NCBI GenBank assembly: GCA_963777445.1
Contig: CAVZQR010000016.1
Span: forward strand, 4,966-68,965
Length of the DNA stretch: 64,000 nt
DNA from: Candidatus Dormiibacterota bacterium
GTDB lineage: Bacteria; Chloroflexota; Dormibacteria; Aeolococcales; Aeolococcaceae
Direction of reading: 5' to 3'
Shown: positions 9,253-20,395 of the stretch, piece after piece
Layout: every line of letters starts with the position of its first letter
Position numbering within the stretch: position 1 is the first letter of the stretch
Translations under genes and position numbers: made by a program
Notes under the pieces: model-generated
What the model saw: only the letters and a program-made list of their open reading frames with translations
Told to the model about the DNA's origin: nothing
Databases searched by the model: none

Positions 9253-10887
9253 TCAGGGCAGCGACGGAACCCCGGCCTGCGGCACGACCTCGAAGACCAC
9301 GGGGTTGCCCTGGGGATCGGTCGCGCGAACCTGTGCCTCCGCGGCGATGCCGGGGCCCACGGCGGCAGCGATGTCGGCTCGGGATGGGGCGACGATCAGC
9401 GAGTAGACGGCGGCGTTCCCAATCGGGGTCATCGGGGCGACGATCGTCGGCAGCCGGCCGGCGTCCAGGAACTGGACGTCCATCGCGTCGTAGCTGTTCA
9501 GGATGACCAGCGTCGAAGGCCCACCGTCAGTCGGATTGTTGACGGCGGCATTCGCCATGGCGACATCCGCGAATGTGAACGCCACGTAGCGATCAGCCAC
9601 CGGCCGGTTGAGGTAGGTCACCGCCGACGCGATGCCGAGCATCGTCACCGCGATCGCGCAGACCATCCAGCCTGTCTGCGTCACCGAAGTGCCCGACCGC
9701 GGGATTCGCGAAGCAAGCCGCCGTGCAATAGCGATGCCCTCCAGGCAGCCGAGTCCGACGCACGCCGCGATGTATGGCTCGAGGCCGAGCGACCGGAGGA
9801 AATGCGGCGCTCCACCCTCGTTGGCGATCAGCGGCGGGATCAGGAACACGATGAGCCCGAGCAGCACCAGCGCGTACCCGTGGTCGTTGCGCCGCCGCCA
9901 GCAATGCCAGATGCCGAGCAGGAAGGGGATGACGAGCACCGGGCCCAGCAGCGGCAGCGCCGACACGTCGTGGCGCTGATTCGGATCCCCGGCGAAGAGG
10001 AACATGCCCAGTGTCTTGAGAATGTGCACCGGGTAGCTGTCAGTCGAGCCTGACGCGCTGTTGAAGACCGACACGAACGCGGCGCGTCCGAAGTACGACG
10101 AGAAGTCGGTGATCGCCGTGTACACCATCGGCGCCACCACCACCGCGAATGCGATTCCCGCCCAGGCCCAGGTCGCGCGCAGCGACCGGAATCGCTCGGG
10201 GTCGCGGGCCCGCATCCAGAGCAACCAGAGCATCGCCAGCAAGGGCAGCAGCTTCAGGGGTTGGTACGTCCAGAACCCCAGGGCCACGGCGATGCCGGCG
10301 ATCGCCGCGCTCCATCGCGAGGGCCGATCTCCCCAGCGCAGGAGCGCCGCCAGTGCCGCGGCGCCGACCAGGACCGTGAGGATGTTTCTGAACCCGTCGC
10401 GAGAGACCGCGATCATCCACAGTGATCCCGCCGTCCACGCCATCGCCATGAGCGCCGCCCCGCGGCCGAAGCGGCGCACCGCCACGAAGGTGGCGATCAC
10501 CCCGGCGACTCCGACGGCCGCCGCAGCGCCACGCAGGGTGAGCACTGAGGATCCGAAGACCTTGAAAACGGCGGCGACGATGTACGCGTACAGCGCCTCG
10601 CGGCCGCCGTCGCTGTTGAAGAACACGGGGTGATAACCCGGTGTCGTCAGCAGGCTCTGGGCGCTGAGCCCTTCGGCCGCCTCGTCGGGGTAGAGACCCC
10701 CTGGTTGGTTCTGGAGCGCCCAGAAGCGCACGACGATCGCAGCGAGGGTGATCAGGACGGCGGCCGCAGCCTCTACTGCAGTCGCCGTCCCGAGGCGCCG
10801 TACGACGCCCGTTATGCGGGTGATCCGGCCCCCGTCAATTCGAGGCTGGATCGGTGCAACAGCGTCCTGGTGGCGGCGATGCGGCAC
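9253..10887 (-). CDS. GT-C fold membrane glycosyltransferase (PMT_2/GT39/ArnT-like)
   Basis: 544-aa ORF with 'GGLYPDEAAEG' in the first periplasmic loop, multiple TM helices and a C-terminal soluble domain. Confidence 0.75.
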   Translation of the reverse strand: MPHRRHQDAVAPIQPRIDGGRITRITGVVRRLGTATAVEAAAAVLITLAAIVVRFWALQNQPGGLYPDEAAEGLSAQSLLTTPGYHPVFFNSDGGREALYAYIVAAVFKVFGSSVLTLRGAAAAVGVAGVIATFVAVRRFGRGAALMAMAWTAGSLWMIAVSRDGFRNILTVLVGAAALAALLRWGDRPSRWSAAIAGIAVALGFWTYQPLKLLPLLAMLWLLWMRARDPERFRSLRATWAWAGIAFAVVVAPMVYTAITDFSSYFGRAAFVSVFNSASGSTDSYPVHILKTLGMFLFAGDPNQRHDVSALPLLGPVLVIPFLLGIWHCWRRRNDHGYALVLLGLIVFLIPPLIANEGGAPHFLRSLGLEPYIAACVGLGCLEGIAIARRLASRIPRSGTSVTQTGWMVCAIAVTMLGIASAVTYLNRPVADRYVAFTFADVAMANAAVNNPTDGGPSTLVILNSYDAMDVQFLDAGRLPTIVAPMTPIGNAAVYSLIVAPSRADIAAAVGPGIAAEAQVRATDPQGNPVVFEVVPQAGVPSLP

Positions 10888-11054
10888 GCCAGCATCTCCA
10901 GAACGTCATCGAGCTGGTCCCGCAGTACGGTTTCCAGCTCGATAGGGTGGTTGTCTATCTCCCGCAGCAGCGCCGACAGCCGGAGCGCCTTCTGGTCGAT
11001 CTTCGCAACGACCTCCTGCGGGCCTGCCGTTGCGGTCAGGTGATTCAGCTCCAT
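10812..11054 (-). CDS. Small hypothetical protein (helical, 80 aa)
   Basis: GGAGGA lies 6 nt upstream of ATG 11054 and third-position G/C is high. It overlaps the downstream GT-C ORF by 76 nt. No family recognised. Confidence 0.35.
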   Translation of the reverse strand: MELNHLTATAGPQEVVAKIDQKALRLSALLREIDNHPIELETVLRDQLDDVLEMLACRIAATRTLLHRSSLELTGAGSPA

Positions 11055-11264
11055 CCAGATCCTCCGTCTGCGGGTTGGTGGATGTCCTCAAGAGTAGGCA
11101 CCTGAGAGGGGGATGTCCAGCGATCATCCTGTCGCAGAATCCAACGTTCCGCAGCGTCGGCCCGGGCACGGACGGTGGCTCGAATACGCGTGACCAAGGC
11201 TCACGGCGCAGGTCGAGCCCGAGGCCCAAGCACTAGACTGGCGCTGGCCGGTTCGACCGACCGG

Positions 11265-11346
11265 GCGCGGATGGCGGAATCGGTAGACGCGCGGGACTTA
11301 GGATCCCGTGGGGCGACCCGTCCGAGTTCGAGTCTCGGTCCGCGCA
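11265..11346 (+). tRNA. tRNA-Leu (anticodon TAG)
   Basis: Cloverleaf by hand: acceptor GCGCGGA/TCCGCGC plus discriminator A. D-arm 'GGCGGAATCGGTAGACGC'. Anticodon stem CGGGA/TCCCG with loop CTTAGGA. Long variable arm. T-arm CCGAG-TTCGAGT-CTCGG. CCA is not encoded. Confidence 0.9.
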
Positions 11347-11365
11347 CGCTGCCCACCCCAGAAAC

Positions 11366-12685
11366 ATGAGTACCCAGATGACCGACACTCCAGGAATGAC
11401 CGTCACGCTCGAACGCAAGGCCGCTTCCCAGGTCGCCCTCCAGGTAGAGGCCACCGCGGACGAAGTTGAGGCCGCCGTCCAGGCCTCGCTCCGCCGCCTG
11501 GCTGGGCGGGTTCGCATCCCCGGTTTCCGCCCGGGCAAGGCGCCTTCCGCCATGGTGGAGCGCGCCGTCGGGTGGGAGACCATCAGGCACGAGACCGTCG
11601 ACCACCTGGTTCCGGAGCTCTACCGGCGTGCCGTCGACGAGACGGGCGTGGAGCCGGTCGGCGACCCCGAGCTCGATCTCGGCGAGCTCGAGCGCGATCA
11701 GCCGCTGAAGTTCACGGCCACGGTGACCGTGAAGCCCGAGGTGGACCTGCGCGACTACCTTGCGCTCCGGGTCCCGAGGGAGACGACCGAGATCACCGAG
11801 GAGAGCGTCGACCAGGCGATCCAGGAGGCGCGCCGCCGCCATTCGGAGCTCAACGATGTGGACCGGGCCGCGCAGGCCGGGGACGTCATCCGCTGCACAC
11901 TGGTGATGCGCCGAGGCGACGAGGTGCTCACCGGGGGTGATGGCGAGGAGCGGGAGCTGGAGTTGGATCGCGAGCTGGTGATCCCGGCGATCGTCGAAGG
12001 CGTCATCGGTCTGACGGCAGGCGAATCACGCACCTTCGAGACGATCCTTCCCCAGGACTACCGCCAGGAGGAGCTCCGCGGGGCCACGGTCACCATCGAC
12101 GTGACGGTGCATGCCGTCCGCGAACGCACCCTGCCCGCTGAGGACGATGCGCTCGCGGTGGTCGACGGCCACGGTCCCGCGCTCGACGACCTCCGTGAGC
12201 ACTACCGGACGGCGCTGGCCGTGGAGGCTGCCGACCAGGATCGCGAGCGCCACGAGGGCGCCGCCCTGGAGGCGCTCCGCGACCACGTCCGGGTTGACGT
12301 TCCCGAGGCGATGATCGAGCGCGAGATCGAGCGCCAGCTCGCCGATCTCGAATACCGGCTGGCCTCGCTCGGCCTGCCGCTCGACCGCTACATGGAGATG
12401 AGCGGTCAGTCGGTGGACGCGCTCCGCGCCGAGCGCCGCGAATCGGCAGCCAGCCGGGTCCGGCTCGAACTCGCTCTCGACGCTCTCGCCGCCGCTGAGG
12501 GGATCGAGGTGGACGAGACCCAGGTGGAGCGCGAGGCGCGCGCCGTCGCCGAAGGACGGCGGGTCGATGCGGCCCAGCGCAAGCGCCTCGAGGACCTGGC
12601 CCGCCGGGATCTGCGCCGTCGGGCTGCCGGCCAGCGGCTGCTCGAGATCGTGTCCCCGGAGGATTCCAGCTTCGTCGCGACCTGA
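11366..12685 (+). CDS. tig: Trigger factor
   Basis: 439-aa ORF with the ribosome-binding signature 'IPGFRPGKAP' near the N-terminus. It sits upstream of clpP-clpX. Confidence 0.95.
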   Translation: MSTQMTDTPGMTVTLERKAASQVALQVEATADEVEAAVQASLRRLAGRVRIPGFRPGKAPSAMVERAVGWETIRHETVDHLVPELYRRAVDETGVEPVGDPELDLGELERDQPLKFTATVTVKPEVDLRDYLALRVPRETTEITEESVDQAIQEARRRHSELNDVDRAAQAGDVIRCTLVMRRGDEVLTGGDGEERELELDRELVIPAIVEGVIGLTAGESRTFETILPQDYRQEELRGATVTIDVTVHAVRERTLPAEDDALAVVDGHGPALDDLREHYRTALAVEAADQDRERHEGAALEALRDHVRVDVPEAMIEREIERQLADLEYRLASLGLPLDRYMEMSGQSVDALRAERRESAASRVRLELALDALAAAEGIEVDETQVEREARAVAEGRRVDAAQRKRLEDLARRDLRRRAAGQRLLEIVSPEDSSFVAT

Positions 12686-12724
12686 GGCGTGATCTCCGGT
12701 ATCCGTGGGTAAGCTGACCCGCGC

Positions 12725-13711
12725 ATGGGGCAGCCTGTCATCAGCGTTCGCGACCTCGTCAAGACTTACGGGAAGGTCGAGGCTGTCCGCGGCATCGACC
12801 TGGGGGTCGGCGCCGGCGAGATCTTCGGGTTTCTCGGCCCCAACGGTGCGGGGAAGTCGACGACGATCAGCATCTTGTGCACGCTCATCCGCCCGACGTC
12901 GGGGGTCGCCGAGGTCGCCGGCTTCGATGTCGTCAAGGACCCGAGCGCGGTCCGCGCTCGCATCGGCCTGGTCTTCCAGGACCCATCGCTCGACGGCCAG
13001 CTCACCGGGCGAGAGAACCTCGACTTCCACGCGTACCTCTACGGCCTGCCTGCCGCGACACGCAGGCAGCGCATCGATGACGCGCTGTCGATCGTCGAGC
13101 TGACCGATCGCGCCGAGTCGACCGTGCTCACCTACTCGGGTGGCATGCGCCGCCGCCTCGAGATAGCCCGCGGGATCCTTCATTACCCACAGGTCCTGTT
13201 CCTTGACGAGCCGACGCTTGGTCTCGACCCGCAGACACGCAACAAGATCTGGGACTACCTGCAGGCGGTGCGTATTCGGGAGCACATCACCATCTTCATG
13301 ACCACGCACTACATGGACGAGGCGGAGTTCTGCGATCGGATCGCGATCATCGACCAGGGCAAGATCGTCGCCCTTGGCACTCCGTCGGAACTCAAGACGA
13401 GGGTGGGCGGCGACGTTGTCACCATCACCACTCCGGACGTCTCCGCCGCTGCCGAACAGCTGCACCGGGTCATGAGCCTCGAATCGACCCAGGTCGACGG
13501 CACGCTGCAGGTCGAGGTCGCGGATTCCGCGTCGTTCATGCCGCGACTCTTCGCCGAGCTGAGCGTGCCGATCACCGCGGTGAGCGCCCGCCGCCCGAGC
13601 CTCGACGACGTATTCCTCAAGCTCACCGGTCGCGCCATCCGTGAGCAGGGAAACACGTCGCTGGATACGATGCGAAACATGGGCAGGATATGGGGAGGTG
13701 GCCGCCGATGA
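12725..13711 (+). CDS. ABC transporter ATP-binding protein (ABC-2/DrrA-like exporter)
   Basis: Walker A 'GPNGAGKST', signature 'YSGGMRRRL', Walker B 'VLFLDEPT'. Confidence 0.9.
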   Translation: MGQPVISVRDLVKTYGKVEAVRGIDLGVGAGEIFGFLGPNGAGKSTTISILCTLIRPTSGVAEVAGFDVVKDPSAVRARIGLVFQDPSLDGQLTGRENLDFHAYLYGLPAATRRQRIDDALSIVELTDRAESTVLTYSGGMRRRLEIARGILHYPQVLFLDEPTLGLDPQTRNKIWDYLQAVRIREHITIFMTTHYMDEAEFCDRIAIIDQGKIVALGTPSELKTRVGGDVVTITTPDVSAAAEQLHRVMSLESTQVDGTLQVEVADSASFMPRLFAELSVPITAVSARRPSLDDVFLKLTGRAIREQGNTSLDTMRNMGRIWGGGRR

Positions 13712-14595
13712 CGGAACAGGCGCTGACCGCTCCGACGCTTCCGCAGGCACGGGCGGTGAACATTCGCGGTGCGACGCTGCGCGCGATCTACATCATCTGG
13801 AAGCGCGACATCATCCGCTACTGGCGCGATCGCATGCGCGTGGTCGCATCGCTCGCGCAACCGGTGCTGTTTCTGTTTGTCTTCGGCAGCGGACTCAGCT
13901 CGTCGCTGCGCGGGAGCACCGGCGGATTCGGCGGTCCCAACTCGTCATTGCAATACGTGCAGTTCATCTTTCCGGGAATCATCGGGATGTCGGTCCTTTT
14001 CACGTCGATCTTCGGCGCGATGTCGATCGTCTGGGATCGAGAGTTCGGGTTCTTGAAAGAGGTGCTCGTGGCGCCGATCCATCGCTCCGCGGTGGCCATC
14101 GGCAAGACGCTTGGGGGCGCGACCCAGGCGATGTTCCAGGGCATCGTCATCCTGATTCTCGCCCCGTTGGTGGGTGTCAAGTTGACGTTCCTGGGCGTGG
14201 CTGAGCTGATCCCGATGATCTTTCTGTTCGCGTTCGCGCTCAGCGCTCTCGGGGTTGCGGTCGCGGCCCGGATGCGCACCATGCAGGGGTTCCAGATGGT
14301 GATGAACTTCCTGATGATGCCGATGTTCTTCCTCGCCGGTGCGCTGTTCCCTCTCGGTGGCAACCTCCCGGCGTGGCTTTCTGTGCTGACACGCTTCGAC
14401 CCCGCCAGCTACGGCATCGATGCGCTCCGGCGCACCGTGCTCAGCGCCTCGGGCGTCCCCTCGAGGGTCCTGGACAGCCTCGGCCTGACCGTGTTCGGTC
14501 ATCCGCTGTCGGTGTGGACCGAGGAGGCGGTGCTCGTCGCCTTCGGGGTGCTCATGCTGAGCCTGGCCGTGTACGGATTCCGACAGCGCGACTAA
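13708..14595 (+). CDS. ABC-2 type transporter permease
   Basis: ATGA overlap with the ATPase stop (13708-13711). About 6 TM helices and ABC-2 permease-like sequence. The ORF is open from 13690. Confidence 0.85.
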   Translation: MTEQALTAPTLPQARAVNIRGATLRAIYIIWKRDIIRYWRDRMRVVASLAQPVLFLFVFGSGLSSSLRGSTGGFGGPNSSLQYVQFIFPGIIGMSVLFTSIFGAMSIVWDREFGFLKEVLVAPIHRSAVAIGKTLGGATQAMFQGIVILILAPLVGVKLTFLGVAELIPMIFLFAFALSALGVAVAARMRTMQGFQMVMNFLMMPMFFLAGALFPLGGNLPAWLSVLTRFDPASYGIDALRRTVLSASGVPSRVLDSLGLTVFGHPLSVWTEEAVLVAFGVLMLSLAVYGFRQRD

Positions 14596-14606
14596 AAAAG
14601 GCCACC

Positions 14607-14612
14607 TATAAT
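14607..14612 (+). promoter_or_regulatory. Candidate -10 box (TATAAT) upstream of clpP
   Basis: A perfect TATAAT sits in the only AT-rich patch of the region (ACTAAAAAAGGCCACCTATAATGGAAAACGT). It lies 9 nt before the clpP ATG. No good -35 and no Shine-Dalgarno were seen. Confidence 0.3.
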
Positions 14613-14621
14613 GGAAAACGT

Positions 14622-15323
14622 ATGAATCCGACCAATCTGATCCCGTACGTCATCGAGACCACGAATCGGGGCGAACGCGGGATGGACATCTACTCGCGGT
14701 TGCTCAAAGACCGAATCATCTTCATCGGGACGCCCATCGACGACCAGGTGGCCAACGTCGTCATGGCGCAGTTGCTCTTCCTGGCCGGTGAGGACCCCGA
14801 GAAGGACATCTGGCTGTACATCAACTCCCCGGGTGGATCTGTGTATGCCGGCCTGGCCATCTACGACACGATGCAGTACGTCGAGCCGCGAGTCGGCACG
14901 ATTTGCATGGGCATCGCGGCGTCCATGGCAGCCATCCTGCTCGCCGGCGGCGCAGCGGGAATGCGTCTCAGCCTCCCGAACACCCGCGTGCTCATCCATC
15001 AGCCCTCGGGCGGATTCAGCGGTCAGGCGACCGACATCCAGATCCACGCGCAGGAGATCCTCCGCGTGCGCCGCCGCCTCGACGAGATCCTGGCGCACCA
15101 CAGTGGCAAGCCCATCGAGGTCGTCAACCACAACTCCGATCGCGACTTCTTCATGAGCGCCGAGGAGGCCAAGGAATACGGCCTCATCGATGAGATCATT
15201 CAGGGCCGCATCAAGAGCGGTGGCGCTCCCAACGGTGAGAGCAGCAACGGCGGGCGGCCGCCCGGCGCGCCGCCCGAGGCAGAGACACCCCAGGCGGGTG
15301 GCGGCGCAACAGCGCACGCATAA
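14622..15323 (+). CDS. clpP: ATP-dependent Clp protease proteolytic subunit
   Basis: Start at ATG 14622 ([28 protein letters not shown]). Catalytic Ser in 'GIAASMAA', His in 'LIHQP', Asp in 'SDRDFFMS'. About 37 aa of Gly/Pro-rich C-terminal tail. The upstream part of ORF 14373.. overlaps the permease. Confidence 0.93.
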   Translation: MNPTNLIPYVIETTNRGERGMDIYSRLLKDRIIFIGTPIDDQVANVVMAQLLFLAGEDPEKDIWLYINSPGGSVYAGLAIYDTMQYVEPRVGTICMGIAASMAAILLAGGAAGMRLSLPNTRVLIHQPSGGFSGQATDIQIHAQEILRVRRRLDEILAHHSGKPIEVVNHNSDRDFFMSAEEAKEYGLIDEIIQGRIKSGGAPNGESSNGGRPPGAPPEAETPQAGGGATAHA

Positions 15324-15374
15324 CGGAGACCGAACGGTCGTTGGTAGGAATGCAGACAAACCAAGGGGTATGCG

Positions 15375-16664
<1,290 letters not shown>

Positions 16665-16681
16665 GGGTGAGCCGCCGATCC

Positions 16682-17254
16682 ATGGCATTGGCCGTGGCGG
16701 CTGTGGGTGTCTTCCTGGCGGTGACCCTGATCACCCTGACGCACGTGGTCACCAATGGCGCGTCGGGCTGCGCGATCGCCGCACCAGCCCCGAGCCTGCC
16801 GGCCGCGCTGCGAGCACTCGGTGGCTTCGACCAGTCGTACGACGCGGGCGATCTCCAGCAATTGGCTCAGGTGGGCCAGAACGCCGCATCCGTGGTGAGC
16901 CCGAACCTTGACGGAGCCACGCCGCTCGAACCCGTGAGCGTGGCCGCGGCCGCGCCGGGACACCCGGCTGCCGTCGTCGTGCCGCTCGCCGCCCAGGATG
17001 GCACCGGGAGCGGGGTGCGCCTCGTCGGGCTCGTGTCGTTCTACGTCGGCTGCGGCGGGCGGGCGTACTTCGGGGCGGTCACCGATATCTCCACACAAGG
17101 CTCGGGTGCTCCCCTGAGCTTCCCCGCCGTGGGGGAAAGCGCGGCTGCCGCTCAGCTCGCGACCTCGACCCCACAGCTCGTCTACACGGCCTCGCCATTC
17201 ACACCCGAATGGCGCAATGCGCAATCCGGGGCGACCATCGCCGCAGGCGAGTAA
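16682..17254 (+). CDS. Hypothetical membrane-anchored/secreted protein
   Basis: ATG 16682 gives an N-terminal TM/signal helix 'MALAVAAVGVFLAVTLITL' followed by an Ala/Gly/Ser-rich domain. No family recognised. Confidence 0.5.
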   Translation: MALAVAAVGVFLAVTLITLTHVVTNGASGCAIAAPAPSLPAALRALGGFDQSYDAGDLQQLAQVGQNAASVVSPNLDGATPLEPVSVAAAAPGHPAAVVVPLAAQDGTGSGVRLVGLVSFYVGCGGRAYFGAVTDISTQGSGAPLSFPAVGESAAAAQLATSTPQLVYTASPFTPEWRNAQSGATIAAGE

Positions 17255-17285
17255 CACCCGGTCGGCCCATATACTCAATCGCCCA

Positions 17286-19934
17286 ATGGAAAAGCATTTC
17301 GACTGGTCCAGCGTGGAACCGAAGTGGCGGGAGCGCTGGAGGGATCTCGGCGTGGGACACGCCGATGTCACAAGCACCAAACCGCCATTCGTCATCGCGC
17401 TCCCACCTCCCAACATCACCGGCGCCCTGCACATGGGACACGCATCGACGTTCTCCATCCAGGACACCGTGTGTCGCCACCGGCGGATGCGCGGCTTCGA
17501 GGTCGAATGGTGTCCGGGGACCGATCACGCGGCAATCGCGACGCAGAACGTCATCGAGCGGCAGCTTGCCGATGAGGGCACGAGCAAGGAGGAGCTCGGC
17601 CGAGCCGCGTTCCAGGCGCGCGTCGACGCGTGGTACGAGGAATACGGCGGGCGCATCTACGAACAGATGCGGCGGATGGGCTACACCTGCGACTGGGAGC
17701 GTTCCCGTTTCACGCTTGACGACCAGTACGTCCGCGCCATCCGGCTCGTGTTCAAGACGCTCTTCGACGAAGGGCTCATCTACAGGGGCCCGCGAATCGT
17801 CAACTGGTGTCCGCGCTGCCGCTCCGCCATCAGCGACGAGGAGATCGACTGGCAGGAGCACACGGATCCACTCTATTACCTGAAGTATCCCGTCGACGGT
17901 GGGCTCAGCATCACGGTCGCGACCGTGCGACCGGAGACGATGCTCGGCGATACGGGCGTCGCGGTCGCACCCGGTGACCCTCGTTACGCGGCGCTGATCG
18001 GAAAGCACGTGACCCTGCCGCTGACCTGGCGGGTCGTGCCGATCTTTGCCGATCCCGCGGTGCGGCCCGAGTTCGGTACCGGAGCGCTCAAGGTGACCCC
18101 CGGACACGACCCGACCGACTACGAGATAGGAGTGCGGCACTCACTGCCGATCATCAACGTCATCGCCCTTGACGGCACCATGGATGTGCCGTCGCTCCCG
18201 CAGTTCCACGGCATGCCTGCCGAACAGGCGAGGATCGCCGTCTCGCAAGCACTGCGTGAGATCGGCGTGCTCGTGAAACAGGAGCCGTACCTTCACGAGG
18301 TGGGTCATTGCGATCGCTGCGGCACCATCCTCGAGCCGCTCGTGAGTGAGCAATGGTGGGTGCACATGGCGTCGCTGGCAGCGCCGGGAATCGGAGCCGT
18401 GGAAAGTGGTGAGATCGTCTTCCACCCCGCGCGTTACTCGGACGTCTATCTGCACTGGATGCGCAACATCAAGGACTGGTGCATCAGCAGGCAGATCTGG
18501 CTCGGTCATGCCATTCCGGTGTCGACCTGCGCCAACGGTCACCGCTTCGCCTGGATCGAGCCACCGCACGCGTGTCCCGAGTGCGGCGACGCGTCGCTCA
18601 CCAACGATCCGGACGTGCTCGACACCTGGTTCAGCAGCGGTCTCTGGCCGTTCGCCATCTTCGGATGGCCCGAGCACACGCCTGAGCTGGAGCGGTTCTA
18701 CCCGACCGACGTTCTCGCAACCGATCGCGGGATCATCTTCCTCTGGGTTGCCCGAATGATCATGACGGGCATCAAGTTCACCGGTCGGAACCCCTTCAGC
18801 GATGTGCTGATCACCAGCACCATCCAGGCCGCTGACGGAAGCCGGATGAGCAAGTCCAAGGGCAACGTCATCGATCCGCTCGACCTCATCGATCGGTTCG
18901 GTGCCGACGCCGTTCGAGCGTGGGCGGCCGCGGTGGGAACGAGCGGCCAGGACATGCGATTCGACGAGGACCGCATCGCCTCGTACCAGCGATTCGCCAA
19001 CAAGCTGTGGCAGGTCACCAACGGTTTTCTCGTCGCCAAGGTCGGCAATGGATCGATCGCCGAACTGGACGTCCATCCGCCCAAGCCCGAGACGCTTCGC
19101 CCCGAGGATCGATGGATGCTGGCCGAGCTCGCGGCCGTGGTTCGCGAGTGCGATGCGGGCTTCGTGGCGTTTCGCTTCCACGACGCGGTCGAACGTCTCT
19201 ATGACACCGCGTGGCATTCCTTCTGTGATTGGTACGTCGAGATCATCAAGCTGCGTCTTGCCGATGCCGGCGATCACGAATCGCGTCGGGCCGCGGTGTG
19301 GACAGCGGTCACGACGCTCGACGTGCTCCTGCGCCTGCTCCACCCGTTCATGCCGTTCGTGACCGAGGAGTGCGCGCAGCAACTGCCGAACGCCGCACCG
19401 ACGTTGCAGCAGCGTTCCTGGCCGGAGGAGGACCCGCTCTGGAGTGATGGCGAGACCGCGGCAGCACACCAGGAGATCGCCGAGGCCATCGAGCTCGTGC
19501 AGCGGATCCGGGCGCTCGGCCACACCCATCGCGTGCCGCGTGGCACCCGCGATCGGATCCGTGTCGTGGTTCGCACCGCCGACAACCGGGGGACGAGCAG
19601 GCACATCACGCGCCTGATCGGAGGGCTCGTGCCCGCCATGGTGGTGGAGAGCCACGAGCGTGGCGTCGATCCAGTGGTCGTGGTTTCGGGTAGGCTCCAC
19701 GCCGAGGTGGTGATCGCCGACACCGCCGCCGACGCAAGTGCGACAGCACGTCAGATCGGCCTGCTCGAGGCAAACGTGTCGCGGCTTCAGGCACAGCTCG
19801 CGAACCCGGCGTTCGTGAACGGGGCACCGGCCCAGGTCGTGGACGAGACGCGCCGGCGGCTCGCCGAAGCCCTCGGCCAGCTGGACGTGCTCCGCCGGGG
19901 CCCGACAGGAGGATCCACCGATGCTGCTGGTTGA
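17286..19934 (+). CDS. valS: Valine--tRNA ligase
   Basis: 'PPPNITGALHMGH' (HIGH) and 'SRMSKSKGN' (KMSKS), plus a C-terminal coiled-coil. Start at ATG 17286 (MEKHFDW). Confidence 0.95.
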   Translation: MEKHFDWSSVEPKWRERWRDLGVGHADVTSTKPPFVIALPPPNITGALHMGHASTFSIQDTVCRHRRMRGFEVEWCPGTDHAAIATQNVIERQLADEGTSKEELGRAAFQARVDAWYEEYGGRIYEQMRRMGYTCDWERSRFTLDDQYVRAIRLVFKTLFDEGLIYRGPRIVNWCPRCRSAISDEEIDWQEHTDPLYYLKYPVDGGLSITVATVRPETMLGDTGVAVAPGDPRYAALIGKHVTLPLTWRVVPIFADPAVRPEFGTGALKVTPGHDPTDYEIGVRHSLPIINVIALDGTMDVPSLPQFHGMPAEQARIAVSQALREIGVLVKQEPYLHEVGHCDRCGTILEPLVSEQWWVHMASLAAPGIGAVESGEIVFHPARYSDVYLHWMRNIKDWCISRQIWLGHAIPVSTCANGHRFAWIEPPHACPECGDASLTNDPDVLDTWFSSGLWPFAIFGWPEHTPELERFYPTDVLATDRGIIFLWVARMIMTGIKFTGRNPFSDVLITSTIQAADGSRMSKSKGNVIDPLDLIDRFGADAVRAWAAAVGTSGQDMRFDEDRIASYQRFANKLWQVTNGFLVAKVGNGSIAELDVHPPKPETLRPEDRWMLAELAAVVRECDAGFVAFRFHDAVERLYDTAWHSFCDWYVEIIKLRLADAGDHESRRAAVWTAVTTLDVLLRLLHPFMPFVTEECAQQLPNAAPTLQQRSWPEEDPLWSDGETAAAHQEIAEAIELVQRIRALGHTHRVPRGTRDRIRVVVRTADNRGTSRHITRLIGGLVPAMVVESHERGVDPVVVVSGRLHAEVVIADTAADASATARQIGLLEANVSRLQAQLANPAFVNGAPAQVVDETRRRLAEALGQLDVLRRGPTGGSTDAAG

Positions 19935-20388
19935 CCTGGGGACGCTCCTCACCGGGGTGCTGGTCGTCGTCATCGCCTACCTGGTTGTGCTCTGGCTCGC
20001 CCTGGCTTTCTACGTCGTCCGCGACGCCAGGCGGCGCACGACATCGCCCGGATTCACGCTCTTCGCGATGCTGCTCGGCTTCGTGCCGCCCTTCCTCGGT
20101 GCCCTGATCTACTTCATGGTGCGTCCGCCCATGACGATGGAGCAGGTGCGTTCGCTGGCGATCGAGGAGCAGGTGCTGCTCGAGCCACCGGTCGAGGGAG
20201 TGCCCACGAGGCCCTGCCCGACCTGCGGGCGCGAGATCGAGCAGGAGTTCATTCTGTGCCCGTACTGCCGGACCCAGTTCGCGCGGCGTTGCACGGGATG
20301 CGATCGCAGCCTCCGGCTCGGCTGGGGGGTCTGCCCCTACTGCGCCACCGAGGTCGGAGCGCCGGCGCTGGCCCGTACCGGGAGGTAG
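19921..20388 (+). CDS. Membrane protein with C-terminal double zinc-ribbon
   Basis: Two N-terminal TM helices, then 'CPTCGREIEQEFILCPYC' and 'CTGCDRSLRLGWGVCPYC'. It overlaps the valS stop by 14 nt. Confidence 0.7.
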   Translation: MLLVDLGTLLTGVLVVVIAYLVVLWLALAFYVVRDARRRTTSPGFTLFAMLLGFVPPFLGALIYFMVRPPMTMEQVRSLAIEEQVLLEPPVEGVPTRPCPTCGREIEQEFILCPYCRTQFARRCTGCDRSLRLGWGVCPYCATEVGAPALARTGR

Positions 20389-20395
20389 CGTCACG

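Noticed and set aside
11080-11118. 8-bp direct repeat GGATGTCC (11080 and 11111) upstream of the tRNA
   Set aside because: It is too short. An 8-mer repeat within a 210-bp spacer is compatible with chance, and no associated structure was seen.
11055-11365. tRNA-Leu as an integration site or genomic-island boundary
   Set aside because: No integrase, direct repeat of the tRNA 3' end, or foreign-looking genes flank it. The neighbours are a GT-C gene and tig.
18141-19973. 610-aa minus-strand ORF antisense to valS
   Set aside because: Shadow of valS. No motifs.
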